Part shown: piece by piece, positions 37,328 through 47,475 of the stretch
Numbering within the stretch: position 1 is the first letter of the stretch
Layout: each line of letters begins with the position of its first letter
Assembly: GCA_037444405.1 (NCBI GenBank)
Contig: JBBIML010000020.1
Location: forward strand, 1 to 52,071
Direction of reading: 5' to 3'
DNA length: 52,071 nucleotides
Source of the DNA: Armatimonadota bacterium
GTDB lineage: Bacteria; Armatimonadota; Fimbriimonadia; Fimbriimonadales; GBS-DC
Notes under the pieces: model-generated
What the model was told of the DNA's origin: nothing
Databases searched by the model: none
Seen by the model: the letters and a program-made list of their open reading frames with translations, nothing else
Position numbers and translations under genes: made by a program

Positions 37328-39457
37328 TCACCCAACCTCGCTTCTCACCTGCATGAGCTCCTGTATCGTGCCCCATTTCAGGTAATCGCTCAGCACGGTG
37401 AGAATCGCGTCCATTTCCACCAGCAGCTCTTTCGTGGGGTTGAACACGCCTGTCCAGACCTGATTGCCAGGGGAACCCTCCAGCCAGTTGCCCAGCGGAT
37501 CCCAGCCGTTGTCGCTGAACCGCCGCACATGCAACGTGCTGTTGTTCGGGTGAACATACGCCGTGCCCTGCACCACCACTGCCCAGAGCAGCCAAGAGTC
37601 CAGTATGGTAGACAGCCAGCGCCGAATCGCCATCACGCCCTTCTCCCGCCGCCACTGCGTGTTCGTCTCCCATTCATTACTTGCGCCGCGCAGCTCCGTG
37701 CCGTTCTCCAGCTTCCACTTGCCCAGCGCGGTATCGCTATAAGTCGCCTGTGAATGATAAATTCCTGCCCATGCCGAGCAGAGGTCTAAGAGCGGTGTCG
37801 GCACGAAGTCCAGATCGCGGTAGCGCAATCGGCGCGGGTTGCCGTTCGGGGCGCCCAGCTCGGGCGCGTCGCCGGGACCCCACCGAAAGCCTTTGAACCC
37901 GAATTTGCGCCACGCCTCCCACCAGCCACGCCCGCCGTGTCGGTTGCCTGCGTGGTTCGTGTAGCCGAAGCCGCCATCGATCGGCAAGCCGAGCCGCGCA
38001 TGCTCCGCCAGCGACCGCTCCAGCAGCATGCAGGCGGTGAAGTAGCTTCCAGTCGGCACGGTGGCAGTTGCCTGCGTGGTGGTCGGCGCGTTCGCCAGCA
38101 CAAATTCCTGCCCGTTCATTTCAAAGTTGAACCCGCTCACAGAGGAGGGCGCGACCTTGCGATTGATGGCATAGCCCTGCGTGGAGGTGCGCTGATCCCA
38201 TGTCGGCAGCGGGTTCGGCGCTGCCCATTCGTAGCCGGGGTCGGTGTGGCGTGTGCGGGACAGGCTGCCCCATGCAGGCGAGTTGAACCCGGTGCCGCCC
38301 GGTCCCGTGTGGTCATGCACGCCGAACGCGAAGCAGTCGGGGTTCTGCTGCAGGAGTTGCAGAATGCGCTGGACTTCGGCGCGCCCTGCGGGACCGTCGC
38401 CCGTGTCAAACGGCGCGTCGCCCGTGCCAAACAGCATTTGCCAGAAGTGCCCGGCGACAGCCTCATATCGGCTCCCAGTGCGCGAGCTGAGCAGGATTTG
38501 CAAGCCGCGCGATTGGGCAAAGTCTCGGACCCATTCCAGCGTCTCGCGTTCGGCAATCACTTGGTTCAGGGCACGCGGCTCAAAGCGGTTATTCGTGGTG
38601 TCCACCTCAGCGGGATGGTCAAACTCCATGACGACGGGTAATTTCCGCGCTGGCTGAACGCCCGCCAGCTTCAGCCCGTAGAGCAGCCAGAAGGGATAGA
38701 AGGTGTTCTCAGCGGTCTGCCGGCTGTGCCAGCGAGTGTTACCCGGGGCTTGCAGCGCGGGCAAGAGATAATGGTTCCTGAACCGCAAGCCGAAGGCGGG
38801 CTGCTTGCCTGGCGGCGGCTGGTTCAGCCGTTGTGCGTCAGGGAAGTCGGGCACAGCGAGAATCTCGCTCTCGCTGTCCATCAGGCTGGTATCCACCAGA
38901 TAGCAGGCGCATTCGGTATCGCTGCTCCAGCGGTAGTTCCATGCGCGGGCATAGACGCTGCGGTTCTCACGAACAAGTTTGATGCGCGTGCCGATACGGT
39001 TTCTCGTGCCGCTCACGCTGGTCAGAATGCCGTTCTCCCAGCGGTAGGCGGTGTTGGCGATATCGGCGGTGTTGAACTTGATAATCGGGAAGTTGGCGGG
39101 CAGGGTCAGCACGCGAGCGGTGTTGATAGCCGCGCCGAAGTGGACGACCGGCGGGTCTGCCGCCGCGTTCCAGTTGGTGAGCCAGGTGGTCAGCGTCGGG
39201 TCAAAGAGCGTGTTGGCGGTATCGCCCGCCTGATCCCAGCAGACCAGAACGGCGTCATACGAGCGCAGGAAGTCGCGCATAGCATTACTGGTGGGGTCAA
39301 ACGGCGCAGAGATGCCCGGCACGGGGTCAAACAGGCGATAGGAGACACCGCTGGAGACATGGAGGATATCGCTCTTTATGCCGAGCGAGCGGAGCGCGGT
39401 CTGTGCAAGCCACGCCTGCGTATGCCCGGGACGACCCAGAATCAGCACTTTCGGCAT
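37328..39457 (-). CDS. Hypothetical 709-aa protein, possible GATase-like plus polysaccharide-deacetylase-like domains
   Basis: Long ORF with TAATG overlap to the upstream gene; YDAVLV, VMEFDHP and FGVHDHT; no signal peptide. Confidence 0.65.
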   Translation of the reverse strand: MPKVLILGRPGHTQAWLAQTALRSLGIKSDILHVSSGVSYRLFDPVPGISAPFDPTSNAMRDFLRSYDAVLVCWDQAGDTANTLFDPTLTTWLTNWNAAADPPVVHFGAAINTARVLTLPANFPIIKFNTADIANTAYRWENGILTSVSGTRNRIGTRIKLVRENRSVYARAWNYRWSSDTECACYLVDTSLMDSESEILAVPDFPDAQRLNQPPPGKQPAFGLRFRNHYLLPALQAPGNTRWHSRQTAENTFYPFWLLYGLKLAGVQPARKLPVVMEFDHPAEVDTTNNRFEPRALNQVIAERETLEWVRDFAQSRGLQILLSSRTGSRYEAVAGHFWQMLFGTGDAPFDTGDGPAGRAEVQRILQLLQQNPDCFAFGVHDHTGPGGTGFNSPAWGSLSRTRHTDPGYEWAAPNPLPTWDQRTSTQGYAINRKVAPSSVSGFNFEMNGQEFVLANAPTTTQATATVPTGSYFTACMLLERSLAEHARLGLPIDGGFGYTNHAGNRHGGRGWWEAWRKFGFKGFRWGPGDAPELGAPNGNPRRLRYRDLDFVPTPLLDLCSAWAGIYHSQATYSDTALGKWKLENGTELRGASNEWETNTQWRREKGVMAIRRWLSTILDSWLLWAVVVQGTAYVHPNNSTLHVRRFSDNGWDPLGNWLEGSPGNQVWTGVFNPTKELLVEMDAILTVLSDYLKWGTIQELMQVRSEVG

Positions 39458-39984
39458 TACCGTTCACCTCGCAGCACGGGAGTGATATTCGCCGACGCGG
39501 TGCCTCTGCGGGCGCAGATACGGTATTGGTCCCAGCCGAGCGGTGTGCCGTCGGCGGTTTGCAGCACCAGTCGGAAGTAGCCGGCAGCGGTGAGCGACAC
39601 GGACGCGCTGCCGACGAGGAACCAGACGCCTGAGCCAGAGGTGTGCAGGGGTGCGCCGAAGGGGTCGGTTGCGCGGGCATAGAGGTCGATAGTGAGGTCG
39701 ATGGCGCCGCTGGCATAGCCGACGAGAATGAACCGCCGGTAGGCCGAGGCGTTGGTGATGGTGGGCGTATCGGGGTCGGTGTTATTGGCGAGGTCGGTGT
39801 TGCTGGGTGCGGCGGTGGTGTTCTGCGTGGGTGTGAAGGTGCTGCCGTAGAAGAGGGTATCAATCCCGACGGGTTCGGTCGGGATTGTGTCGGTGTTGAA
39901 GACTTGTACGGGCAGAGGGTTCTCCACGCTCACGCTGGTCAGCAGCGGCTGTGAGCCTCTCTGTTTCAAAAACTTTAGCGGCAT
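39457..39984 (-). CDS. Hypothetical 175-aa beta-rich protein
   Basis: Strong RBS AGGAGGG; VSVENPLPV motif; Thr-rich; coupled to the 709-aa gene. Confidence 0.75.
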   Translation of the reverse strand: MPLKFLKQRGSQPLLTSVSVENPLPVQVFNTDTIPTEPVGIDTLFYGSTFTPTQNTTAAPSNTDLANNTDPDTPTITNASAYRRFILVGYASGAIDLTIDLYARATDPFGAPLHTSGSGVWFLVGSASVSLTAAGYFRLVLQTADGTPLGWDQYRICARRGTASANITPVLRGER

Positions 39985-40016
39985 AGCGTTCCCTCCTATC
40001 AGGAGGGAATGCTATG
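39982..40016 (-). promoter_or_regulatory. Hairpin covering the RBS and start codon
   Basis: mRNA strand CATAGCATTCCCTCCT-GAT-AGGAGGGAACGCTATG; 15 of 16 positions pair. Confidence 0.6.
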
Positions 40017-40027
40017 GGCGGATATGG

Positions 40028-43000
40028 TCAACCCGTTTCACTGCCTGTGAGCGCGAGCGTTTTCTGGTCCGCCTCCTGCAGGCGTTTGTTCAGCACGATG
40101 CGGGTGACGGCAGCCACCCGGTCGCTCTCCGCCAAATCGATCAGCTTGACACCCTGCGCGATCCGCCCCGTGATACGCAGGTCGTCCACGCGCAGACGGA
40201 TACCCTTGCCGTTGGCGGTCACCAGAATGAGCTTATCATCTTTTTCGACCACTTCGGCGGCGACCACCCGTCCCGTCTTGCGCGTAACATTCATCGTGAG
40301 GATGCCCTTGCCCCCACGCGACTGCACACGGTACTCCCTGAGCGGCGTGCATTTGCCGTAGCCGTTCTCGGAGACGACCAGCAGCAGCGCGCCGGGCATC
40401 ACGCGGCAGGCTGCCACCAGTGTATCGCCCTTTGTCAGACGGATGGCAATCACACCCCCTGCCGTGCGCGAGCGCACAGGCACATCCTTCTCCGGGAAGC
40501 GGATGGCGAAACCCGCCTGGGTCACCAGCAGGATGTCGTCGTTGCCACTGGTGTGCAGCACCCAGCCGAGCGAATCGCCCACTTCCAGATCGAAGGCGTT
40601 CAGCCCATTACTGCGCAGGTTCGCGAACTCGCTCAGCTGCGTGCGCTTGATCTCGCCCCCACGCGTAATCATCGTCAGGTAGCCCTCGCTCTCGAAGTCG
40701 CGCACCGAAACGGTCGCCGTCACCTTCTCGTCGGGCTGGATGCTGATGTAGTTGATGACGGGCGTGCCTTTCGCCTGACGCGAGGTTTCGGGAATCTCGT
40801 ACGCCTTGAGCCGATACACGCGCCCCCGATCGGTGAAGAAGAGAATGTAGTGGTGCGTGCTGACCTGGAACAGATGCTCCACCTCGTCCTCTTCACGGGC
40901 AGTCGTCGCAATCACGCCCTTACCCCCGCGCTTCTGCGAGCGGTAGGCGTCCAGCGAAACGCGCTTGATATAGCCATCGCGCGTGATCAGCACCAGCGTC
41001 TCCTCTTCGGGGATCAGGTCCTCTTCGGAAATCTCTTCGGCTTCGCGTGCAACGATGCGCGTGCGCCGTGCATCGCCAAACTTCTCTTTGAGCGCGAGCA
41101 GTTCCTCCTTCATTATCTGCTCCACGCGGCGCGGGTCGGTCAGAATATGCTCCAGGCGCATCATCTCGCGCAGCAGCCCGCGATATTCGTCGGCAATCTT
41201 CTCCTGCTCCAGCCGTGCCAGCTGGCGCAGCTGCATCGCCAGAATCGCGTCCGCCTGAATCGCGGTCAGCCCGAATCGCTTGATCATCTCGCGGCGAGCA
41301 ACCTCTGCCGTCTCCGAGCGGCGAATCAGGCGAATGAGTTCGTCCAGAAAGTTGACCGCGATTTGCAGCCCTTCCAGCACATGCGCGCGCGATTTTGCCC
41401 GATACAGCTCATAGCGCGTGCGACGCAGGATCACCGCGCGCCGATGCGCCAGATAGTGATCCATCAAATCGAGCAGGCTCATCACGCGCGGCACATTGTC
41501 CACCAGCGCGAGCAGAATCGCGCCGAAGGTCGTGCGCAACGGCGTGTGCTTGAGTAGGTTGTTCAGCATGCGGTTCGGATTCACATCGCGGCGCAGTTCG
41601 ATCACCACACGCATGCCTGTGCGGTCGGAGTAGTCGGCAATATCGGTGATGCCCTCCAGCTTGCCCGACTTAACCAGCTGCGCGATCTGCTCGATCAGGC
41701 GCGCCTTGCTGACCTGATAGGGCAGTTCGGTAATCACTATCGCGCTTTTGCCGCCGTCCAGCGGCTCAATCTGCGTCTTCGCCTGCATCACGATGCTGCC
41801 GCGCCCCGTCTCGTAGGCTTGACGGATGCCGCGCGTGCCCAGTATCAGCCCGCCCGTCGGAAAATCGGGACCTGGCAATATTTTCAGGATGGGCTCCAGC
41901 GTGCAGTTCGGATGCTCCAGCCGATAGATGAGCGCGTCCACTACCTCGCTGAGGTTGTGTGGCGGGATGTTCGTCGCCATGCCGACAGCGATGCCGCTGC
42001 CCCCGTTGCATAACAGGTTCGGGAAACGCGCGGGCAGCACCACAGGCTCCTCCGTGCTTTGCAGATAGTTCGGCATCCAGTCGACGGTCTCCTTATCGAT
42101 ATCCGCCAGCATCTCCATCGCAATCGGCGTGAGGCGCACCTCGGTGTTGTGATTGATGAAGCCGTTGGCGACGAACGAGTGGCATTCGCTGTCCACGCGA
42201 ATCGAGTACACCCGCTGAACGCCGCCGCCCTCTATCGAAACAACAGGATCGAAGAAATAGCGGCTCTCGATAAGGGCGCAGAGGAACTCGGCATCTTCGG
42301 GGCTGAGTGCCTCCAGCAACTTCGGCACGGCGTCGGCAAGACGGCTGAATCGGTCAAAGTTGTGCTTGCCCAGCCACTCGCGATGGCGGTTCGCCATGCG
42401 CCGCACATACTGGCTCAAGAAAGGCACCGCGTCGGTTTTGGACAGCGCGCGCCCCGACATCGACGCCACCATCTCCGCCAGCGCCTTGCGCTTTGCTTCC
42501 GAGAGGAAGCCAATCCTCTGCTGATACCTCTGCAGATTATCCGAGCCGTTGATGGTCAACCGATAGGTGCTGCCGCGCGCCTCCTTCCCCAGGCGAGCCA
42601 CAATCCCAAATGAGAGCAACATCACCTGCACCTGCTGGAGCAGGCGCTGACTGCTGGAGACGAGGCTCACCCGCATCAGGCTGCGCCCGGAGCGTTCGAC
42701 GGCGCCGTCGCCCTCGAACAGCGCGCGCAGGAAAGCCGCCTGCACCGCTTGTGGCGAGCGCAAAATCACGGCTGGCACCCCACGCTCCGCCGACCGACCG
42801 CTCAGCCCCAGATGGTTCAAAAAGCGCACCACCTGCTGGCTCACCACCTGCATCTGCCAGAAGAGACGCTTGCCAAAGCCTACAGGCGCCCGCAGCCATC
42901 GATGCAGGCGACAATCGGGAAAGCACCGCTCCCAGCAGCGCACAAACTCATCGGCAAACTCACCTGGTGTGCAGGTGAACTCGATGCGCTCGGATGCGAG

Positions 43001-43822
43001 CGTGCCTTCCGCAATCAAAGCGCCCATCAATGTCGCCAGCGATTCGTCCAGATGAGTCGGGAGCGAATGGCGACGCACGCGTGAACCCTCCGCAAAGGTC
43101 GGGTAATAGGCGGTCAGGTCAACAGGTTCAGCCTGCGCTTCCGATTCGCCCCTGTCAATAACCAGATAATCCCCGATTTGCAGGCTGTCGAGCGTTTTCC
43201 ATGCCAGGCGGGGCTTGCCGCTGCTGTCAGCGACGCAAACCAGCACGGGATGATTTGGTGTGCCCTGCAGCTCAAAGCCGTAGCGCGTCCGCACGCGCAG
43301 GGTCGGATGCTCCCCGCAATCGAACCAGCGCGTCGCTCGCTGCACGCGCCCCCCGGCGGAGCGCACGAGAATGTCGATTTCCTCTGTCTGTGCCAGCTGC
43401 CCAATCGGAATCAGCCCTTGCTCCGTGCGCACCAGCGTATCGCCCGTGACACAGTAGCGCATCGCGGCAGGCGGATCACCGTCGATACTCCCGAAGTTGC
43501 CCTGCCCGTCCACCAGCGGATAGCGCATATTGAAGTCCTGTGCCATGCGCACCAGCGTCGGGTAGACCACCTCCTGACCGTGCGGGTGATAGTTCGCGGT
43601 GGTCTCCCCACACACTTTGGCGGACTTGGTGTGCGCCGAGTCGGGGGTCAGCCCCAGCTCCCGCATCACATACAGAATGCGTCGCTGCACAGGCTTGAGA
43701 CCATCCCGCACATCGGGCAGAGCGCGGGCAATAATCACGCTCATCGCATAGTCGAGGTAGGAGCGCTTCATCTCCTCCTCGACGGGAACCTGCAACACCT
43801 CGCGTCCTATCGGCGTACTCAT
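40028..43822 (-). CDS. gyrA: DNA gyrase subunit A containing an intein
   Basis: [32 protein letters not shown]|intein|TEVRL, GyrA box QKRGGKG and C-terminal pinwheel repeats; about 828 aa after splicing. Confidence 0.96.
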   Translation of the reverse strand: MSTPIGREVLQVPVEEEMKRSYLDYAMSVIIARALPDVRDGLKPVQRRILYVMRELGLTPDSAHTKSAKVCGETTANYHPHGQEVVYPTLVRMAQDFNMRYPLVDGQGNFGSIDGDPPAAMRYCVTGDTLVRTEQGLIPIGQLAQTEEIDILVRSAGGRVQRATRWFDCGEHPTLRVRTRYGFELQGTPNHPVLVCVADSSGKPRLAWKTLDSLQIGDYLVIDRGESEAQAEPVDLTAYYPTFAEGSRVRRHSLPTHLDESLATLMGALIAEGTLASERIEFTCTPGEFADEFVRCWERCFPDCRLHRWLRAPVGFGKRLFWQMQVVSQQVVRFLNHLGLSGRSAERGVPAVILRSPQAVQAAFLRALFEGDGAVERSGRSLMRVSLVSSSQRLLQQVQVMLLSFGIVARLGKEARGSTYRLTINGSDNLQRYQQRIGFLSEAKRKALAEMVASMSGRALSKTDAVPFLSQYVRRMANRHREWLGKHNFDRFSRLADAVPKLLEALSPEDAEFLCALIESRYFFDPVVSIEGGGVQRVYSIRVDSECHSFVANGFINHNTEVRLTPIAMEMLADIDKETVDWMPNYLQSTEEPVVLPARFPNLLCNGGSGIAVGMATNIPPHNLSEVVDALIYRLEHPNCTLEPILKILPGPDFPTGGLILGTRGIRQAYETGRGSIVMQAKTQIEPLDGGKSAIVITELPYQVSKARLIEQIAQLVKSGKLEGITDIADYSDRTGMRVVIELRRDVNPNRMLNNLLKHTPLRTTFGAILLALVDNVPRVMSLLDLMDHYLAHRRAVILRRTRYELYRAKSRAHVLEGLQIAVNFLDELIRLIRRSETAEVARREMIKRFGLTAIQADAILAMQLRQLARLEQEKIADEYRGLLREMMRLEHILTDPRRVEQIMKEELLALKEKFGDARRTRIVAREAEEISEEDLIPEEETLVLITRDGYIKRVSLDAYRSQKRGGKGVIATTAREEDEVEHLFQVSTHHYILFFTDRGRVYRLKAYEIPETSRQAKGTPVINYISIQPDEKVTATVSVRDFESEGYLTMITRGGEIKRTQLSEFANLRSNGLNAFDLEVGDSLGWVLHTSGNDDILLVTQAGFAIRFPEKDVPVRSRTAGGVIAIRLTKGDTLVAACRVMPGALLLVVSENGYGKCTPLREYRVQSRGGKGILTMNVTRKTGRVVAAEVVEKDDKLILVTANGKGIRLRVDDLRITGRIAQGVKLIDLAESDRVAAVTRIVLNKRLQEADQKTLALTGSETG
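42146..43453 (-). mobile_element. Intein with LAGLIDADG homing endonuclease (436 aa)
   Basis: Begins CVTGDTLV and ends [10 protein letters not shown] followed by Thr+1; block [18 protein letters not shown]-like LMGALIAEG and [10 protein letters not shown]. Confidence 0.95.
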
Positions 43823-43981
43823 CACAATCAATTGTACCCGATGGACAGGCACCTCACAGATATGGGGCTTCCCTTTGAAGAGAGTGTCATTTCCGCTGCT
43901 CCGCTGCGCAGGCAACGCCTGCAACTCCAGTTCGTAGCCCTGAACATGTATGGTGAGCGTCGCTCCGTGCCAATGTTTTTC

Positions 43982-45286
43982 TCAGCGCAGCCAGATGGGG
44001 TCTGTTAGCGGCATCCGCTCTGGCGGCACTCCACGCAGCGACGGAGGCACTCGCACGCCCACAGGCAGCAAATCACCCTTATCGCTCCCCCCGGAAGCGT
44101 ACGAACATCGCCCACCGTCATCTACCCCGTTCGAACCGACCGAATAGAGCAGGAACCCTTTGCGGGCATCCACCCTGTAGATAAAAGGCTTGCCTGTGAA
44201 GGGGTCGATTATCAGGTCACCCAGATGGAGCTGTTCCAGTTTGCTGGGGTAGCGCCCCGTGCGAATCCTATAGAGTCGCACAGCCGCCGCGCAGCCCAGC
44301 AAGCGTGTACGCGCCTGCAGCTCGGCATCCCTTTCAGATAAGCTCTGAAATACAGGAATAATTGTCTGATTGAGTGGGTGCCATGGACGCGGATAGTCCG
44401 CCGGGTTCTGCTGCCAGAACGGTTTTGCGGCATACGCCTTCACACGCTCCATCGATGCCTCATACTCGCGAACGGATGTTTTGATAATCAGCTGATTCAG
44501 AATTCTTATCCGCTCCCACCATTCGATGGTGCTGGGATCAATGGGTACACCATTCTGGTACATCACCAGTATGACCGCTCGCCCGTACTCCTGCTCACTC
44601 TGCATAATATTGACAAGGCTGGGACGGTTTTGCTCCTCTTGCCGTGCCCATCGGAGCAGGCGTTCCAGCGGCTGACGCTGAGTAATCCGTGCGAAGTTTC
44701 TACGCACCGGCTCAATCGCTATTGATTTAATAGCTACACCAACCAGATAGTCGATGACCATGCCATCCCTGCTAATCTGATTGGCAAACTGGGAGAGGGC
44801 GGCGGCACGCTCGACGGCTTCGGCTGGCTGATTCCGAAGAAACGCCGCTTGAATAAAGTAGGCTTCTGTACGCGCCAGCTCACGCATCGCGCCATACGCC
44901 ATAAACTGCGGATCTCGCTGGGGCTGGGTGACTTTTCGCCAGTAGTCGATGACAACCCTGCTCGGCTGGTTCAGGTACCTCCGATACACCCGAAGATACG
45001 GCTCAACCCGCCGGGCATACTCCTGATGCTCCAGTGTGGTTAAAACTCCACCCTGACGCAGAGCATCTATCGCACGATCACTCAGCGATTGCAGTCGGAC
45101 ATCGAAGCGCTTCGCCTCATGAAGTCGAAGCGCAACCACCACCAGATGCTCGTAAGCATTGTTGGGAGGATACTGACGAACAGGCACCTTCGGGTAGGGC
45201 GGTCGCGATGCCCACATCCAGATACCTGCCACCCCGATGAGCACCAGTGTCACAACCACGACACAACCCACTTTCAGCGTGCGCAT
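43982..45286 (-). CDS. Membrane-anchored hypothetical protein with GspG-like C-terminal motif
   Basis: N-terminal TM; GRYPSKLEQL..IDPFTGKPFIY...LLYSVGSNGVDDGG. Confidence 0.75.
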   Translation of the reverse strand: MRTLKVGCVVVVTLVLIGVAGIWMWASRPPYPKVPVRQYPPNNAYEHLVVVALRLHEAKRFDVRLQSLSDRAIDALRQGGVLTTLEHQEYARRVEPYLRVYRRYLNQPSRVVIDYWRKVTQPQRDPQFMAYGAMRELARTEAYFIQAAFLRNQPAEAVERAAALSQFANQISRDGMVIDYLVGVAIKSIAIEPVRRNFARITQRQPLERLLRWARQEEQNRPSLVNIMQSEQEYGRAVILVMYQNGVPIDPSTIEWWERIRILNQLIIKTSVREYEASMERVKAYAAKPFWQQNPADYPRPWHPLNQTIIPVFQSLSERDAELQARTRLLGCAAAVRLYRIRTGRYPSKLEQLHLGDLIIDPFTGKPFIYRVDARKGFLLYSVGSNGVDDGGRCSYASGGSDKGDLLPVGVRVPPSLRGVPPERMPLTDPIWLR

Positions 45287-45355
45287 CGAAAAAGCCCTCC
45301 GCGCAGGGAGTATACCCCGCATGGAGGGCTGTTGTCAGTCGCTGATGTCCGTCGC

Positions 45356-46627
45356 TCAGGGTGTCAGCGTGGCGCTGCGAGTGGCAAAGCGCAGGCGAAA
45401 GCCTGCAGGCGCAATACCCGTGCGCTCGTAGTTCAGTATCTCCTGCAGCGTGTTCTGGCTCACGAACGCCGTGAAGCTGGCGTCCACAGCGCGACCACGC
45501 TGGATGTCCCACGCACTGCTGTTCCAGCCAGGCAACCCGTTCAGCACAGGCGTGGTGTAAGAGGTTCGACCGCCGAGCCAGCCCGCACTGATAAAAATCC
45601 GCCAGCTGCGCGCCTGCTGACTGCCACCCAGAGTGAACACATATCCGCGCACAGGGCTTTCTGCATACGCGCTCCACTGCGCCGTGAAAGTCAGATCGCC
45701 GCTCGTGGTGAAGTCGAACTGGGGCGAATCGAAGGGGGGTGGTACGGTGATGGTGAGACTGTTCGGCAGCGTGCCAAGCCCCTGAACCTCACCCCGCTGC
45801 CGGTCCGTAATCACCTGAACCCGAAAACTCTCCCCAGCCTGCAGAATACCTGAGGGGAAAACGGGGTATCTGACGGGCGGTGAAACAAGCGAGGCGCTGA
45901 CTCCAACTCCAATCAGCGAGGAGCGATTACTGCTCTGAAGCGCAATCTGGCTGGTTGCCGTCTCGTTGGGGAAATCCACTCCATCCACTGTCAGGCTGCC
46001 TGCCTGCACATCGAACACGCGCACCACAGCCCCATCGGGCTGGTTGAAATCGATCACCAGCCCCGAACTATTGCCAGCAAACGATACACTGCGCCGTAAC
46101 CAGACCCTGTTGGGACCCGCCCCACCGGTCCGAACCCCAATCAGATCATAGGTGCCGAGCGTCAGGGATAGATTAAACGAGTCACCATTCGCGCCCACTG
46201 TCTGACTGGCGCTGCTAATGGACACGAGGGCAAACTCGCCCGAGCGCAACCCCTGAACCGTGCCCGCCACCGTGATGGTGTTCGGGGAAGCGGGGCACGC
46301 TGCACCGAAACTGGTTGTCTCAGCGGTGGTCGCATGCACGATATTCACCTGCGGCTTCTCGCCCTCGCAGACCCAGGCGACTGAGTAGCGACCATCAGCA
46401 GAGGTCACCCGGAAGTTGTAGTTATCACCAGAGGCAGTTAGCCGTTGCCATTCACCGTTCGCGCCATCCTGCACAGCGACATACGCGGCGCCCGTAATGG
46501 TTGCCGTCACCGATGTGCCGCCATTGCCTCCATTGCCACCGCCGCCTCCGCCACCACCGCAGCCGGCGATCAAGAGCAGCAGCAGGCAAATCGTGCCCAA
46601 TCCCATCACTATCTCGTTCCTTCGCAT
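45356..46627 (-). CDS. Beta-rich lipoprotein
   Basis: LLLLLIAGC lipobox followed by a poly-Gly linker; GGAGG RBS before ATG 46627. Confidence 0.8.
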   Translation of the reverse strand: MRRNEIVMGLGTICLLLLLIAGCGGGGGGGGNGGNGGTSVTATITGAAYVAVQDGANGEWQRLTASGDNYNFRVTSADGRYSVAWVCEGEKPQVNIVHATTAETTSFGAACPASPNTITVAGTVQGLRSGEFALVSISSASQTVGANGDSFNLSLTLGTYDLIGVRTGGAGPNRVWLRRSVSFAGNSSGLVIDFNQPDGAVVRVFDVQAGSLTVDGVDFPNETATSQIALQSSNRSSLIGVGVSASLVSPPVRYPVFPSGILQAGESFRVQVITDRQRGEVQGLGTLPNSLTITVPPPFDSPQFDFTTSGDLTFTAQWSAYAESPVRGYVFTLGGSQQARSWRIFISAGWLGGRTSYTTPVLNGLPGWNSSAWDIQRGRAVDASFTAFVSQNTLQEILNYERTGIAPAGFRLRFATRSATLTP

Positions 46628-46692
46628 AGTTGCTAACCTCCTCGCCTGTTCGACGCTCCTGAACCTGAGATGTTCCCGCTCACACCTGACGG

Positions 46693-47475
46693 TTAACCGC
46701 CAGCGAACCACTTCAGATAGAGCCGAATGATGGTGTAGACCATCACCGCCATAAAGATACCCCGCAACACGCCTGTCGGGGTGCGCGCTGCGAGCTGCAC
46801 GCCCAGCTTCGCGCCGATCAGCACCCCCAGCGCGGCGGGCACCACCACATCGGGCTGGAGCTGACCCTGCGCCAAATAGAGCAGCGCGCTGGTGGACGCC
46901 GTTGCGCCAATCAGGAAGGAGCTGGTGCCCATGGCGCATCGCAACGACGCGCCCAGTATGGTGTGTAGTACAGGCACCTGAATCAGCCCGCCGCCGACAC
47001 CCAGCAACGCCGAGATGAGACCGCCCAGCGCCGAAAGCGCCGCCGCCAGCCACTTCCGGGAACTGTTTTTCCACGCCGCACGGCACGCTTCGCCGTCCGA
47101 ATCGGCAGAACGCGAAAAGCGGCTCGCCCACACCATCTGACCCATCACATAGAGCGCGAGCAGAATAAACAGCCCCGCCACCACTTTCGGCGCAATATAG
47201 CCCACCAGCAGCCCGCCCGCAATCGCGCCCAGCACCGTCGGAACCAGCAGCCGAACCGCGACCCGCCAGTCCACCAGACCAGCCCGCAGGTAGCCCTGCA
47301 CGCCCGCACACGAGGTCGCCACCACGCCCACCAGACTGGCAGCCACCGCCTGCTTGATGGGCACATTAAACAGCAGCGTGAGCGCGGGCACCAGAATAAT
47401 CCCGCCACCCAGCCCCAGCATCGAGCCAAACGCGCCCGCGCCCACCGCCACCCCGAAAATCCACACCGAACTCAT
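46693..47475 (-). CDS. Sulfite exporter TauE/SafE family membrane protein
   Basis: GSMLGLGGGIILVP, ALLGVGGGLIQVP and AMGTSSF. Confidence 0.9.
   Translation of the reverse strand: MSSVWIFGVAVGAGAFGSMLGLGGGIILVPALTLLFNVPIKQAVAASLVGVVATSCAGVQGYLRAGLVDWRVAVRLLVPTVLGAIAGGLLVGYIAPKVVAGLFILLALYVMGQMVWASRFSRSADSDGEACRAAWKNSSRKWLAAALSALGGLISALLGVGGGLIQVPVLHTILGASLRCAMGTSSFLIGATASTSALLYLAQGQLQPDVVVPAALGVLIGAKLGVQLAARTPTGVLRGIFMAVMVYTIIRLYLKWFAGG

Noticed and set aside
37328..39984. Prophage
   Set aside because: No integrase, terminase, capsid or att sites; kept only as an orphan gene pair.
40014..40361. Plus-strand ORF with strong RBS antisense to gyrA
   Set aside because: Its RBS and ATG are the mirror arm of the 39982-40016 palindrome, and the product has no protein-like features.
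39887..41557. Long antisense ORFs (also 47538-49292, 25086-26153, 13488-14585, 79-921)
   Set aside because: Shadow frames of well-supported genes in high-GC DNA.
46628..47311. N-terminal extensions in the ORF track (651-aa, 811-aa, 439-aa and 1298-aa versions)
   Set aside because: They mostly overlap other real genes or intergenic DNA; downstream starts have RBS, -10 or signal-peptide support.
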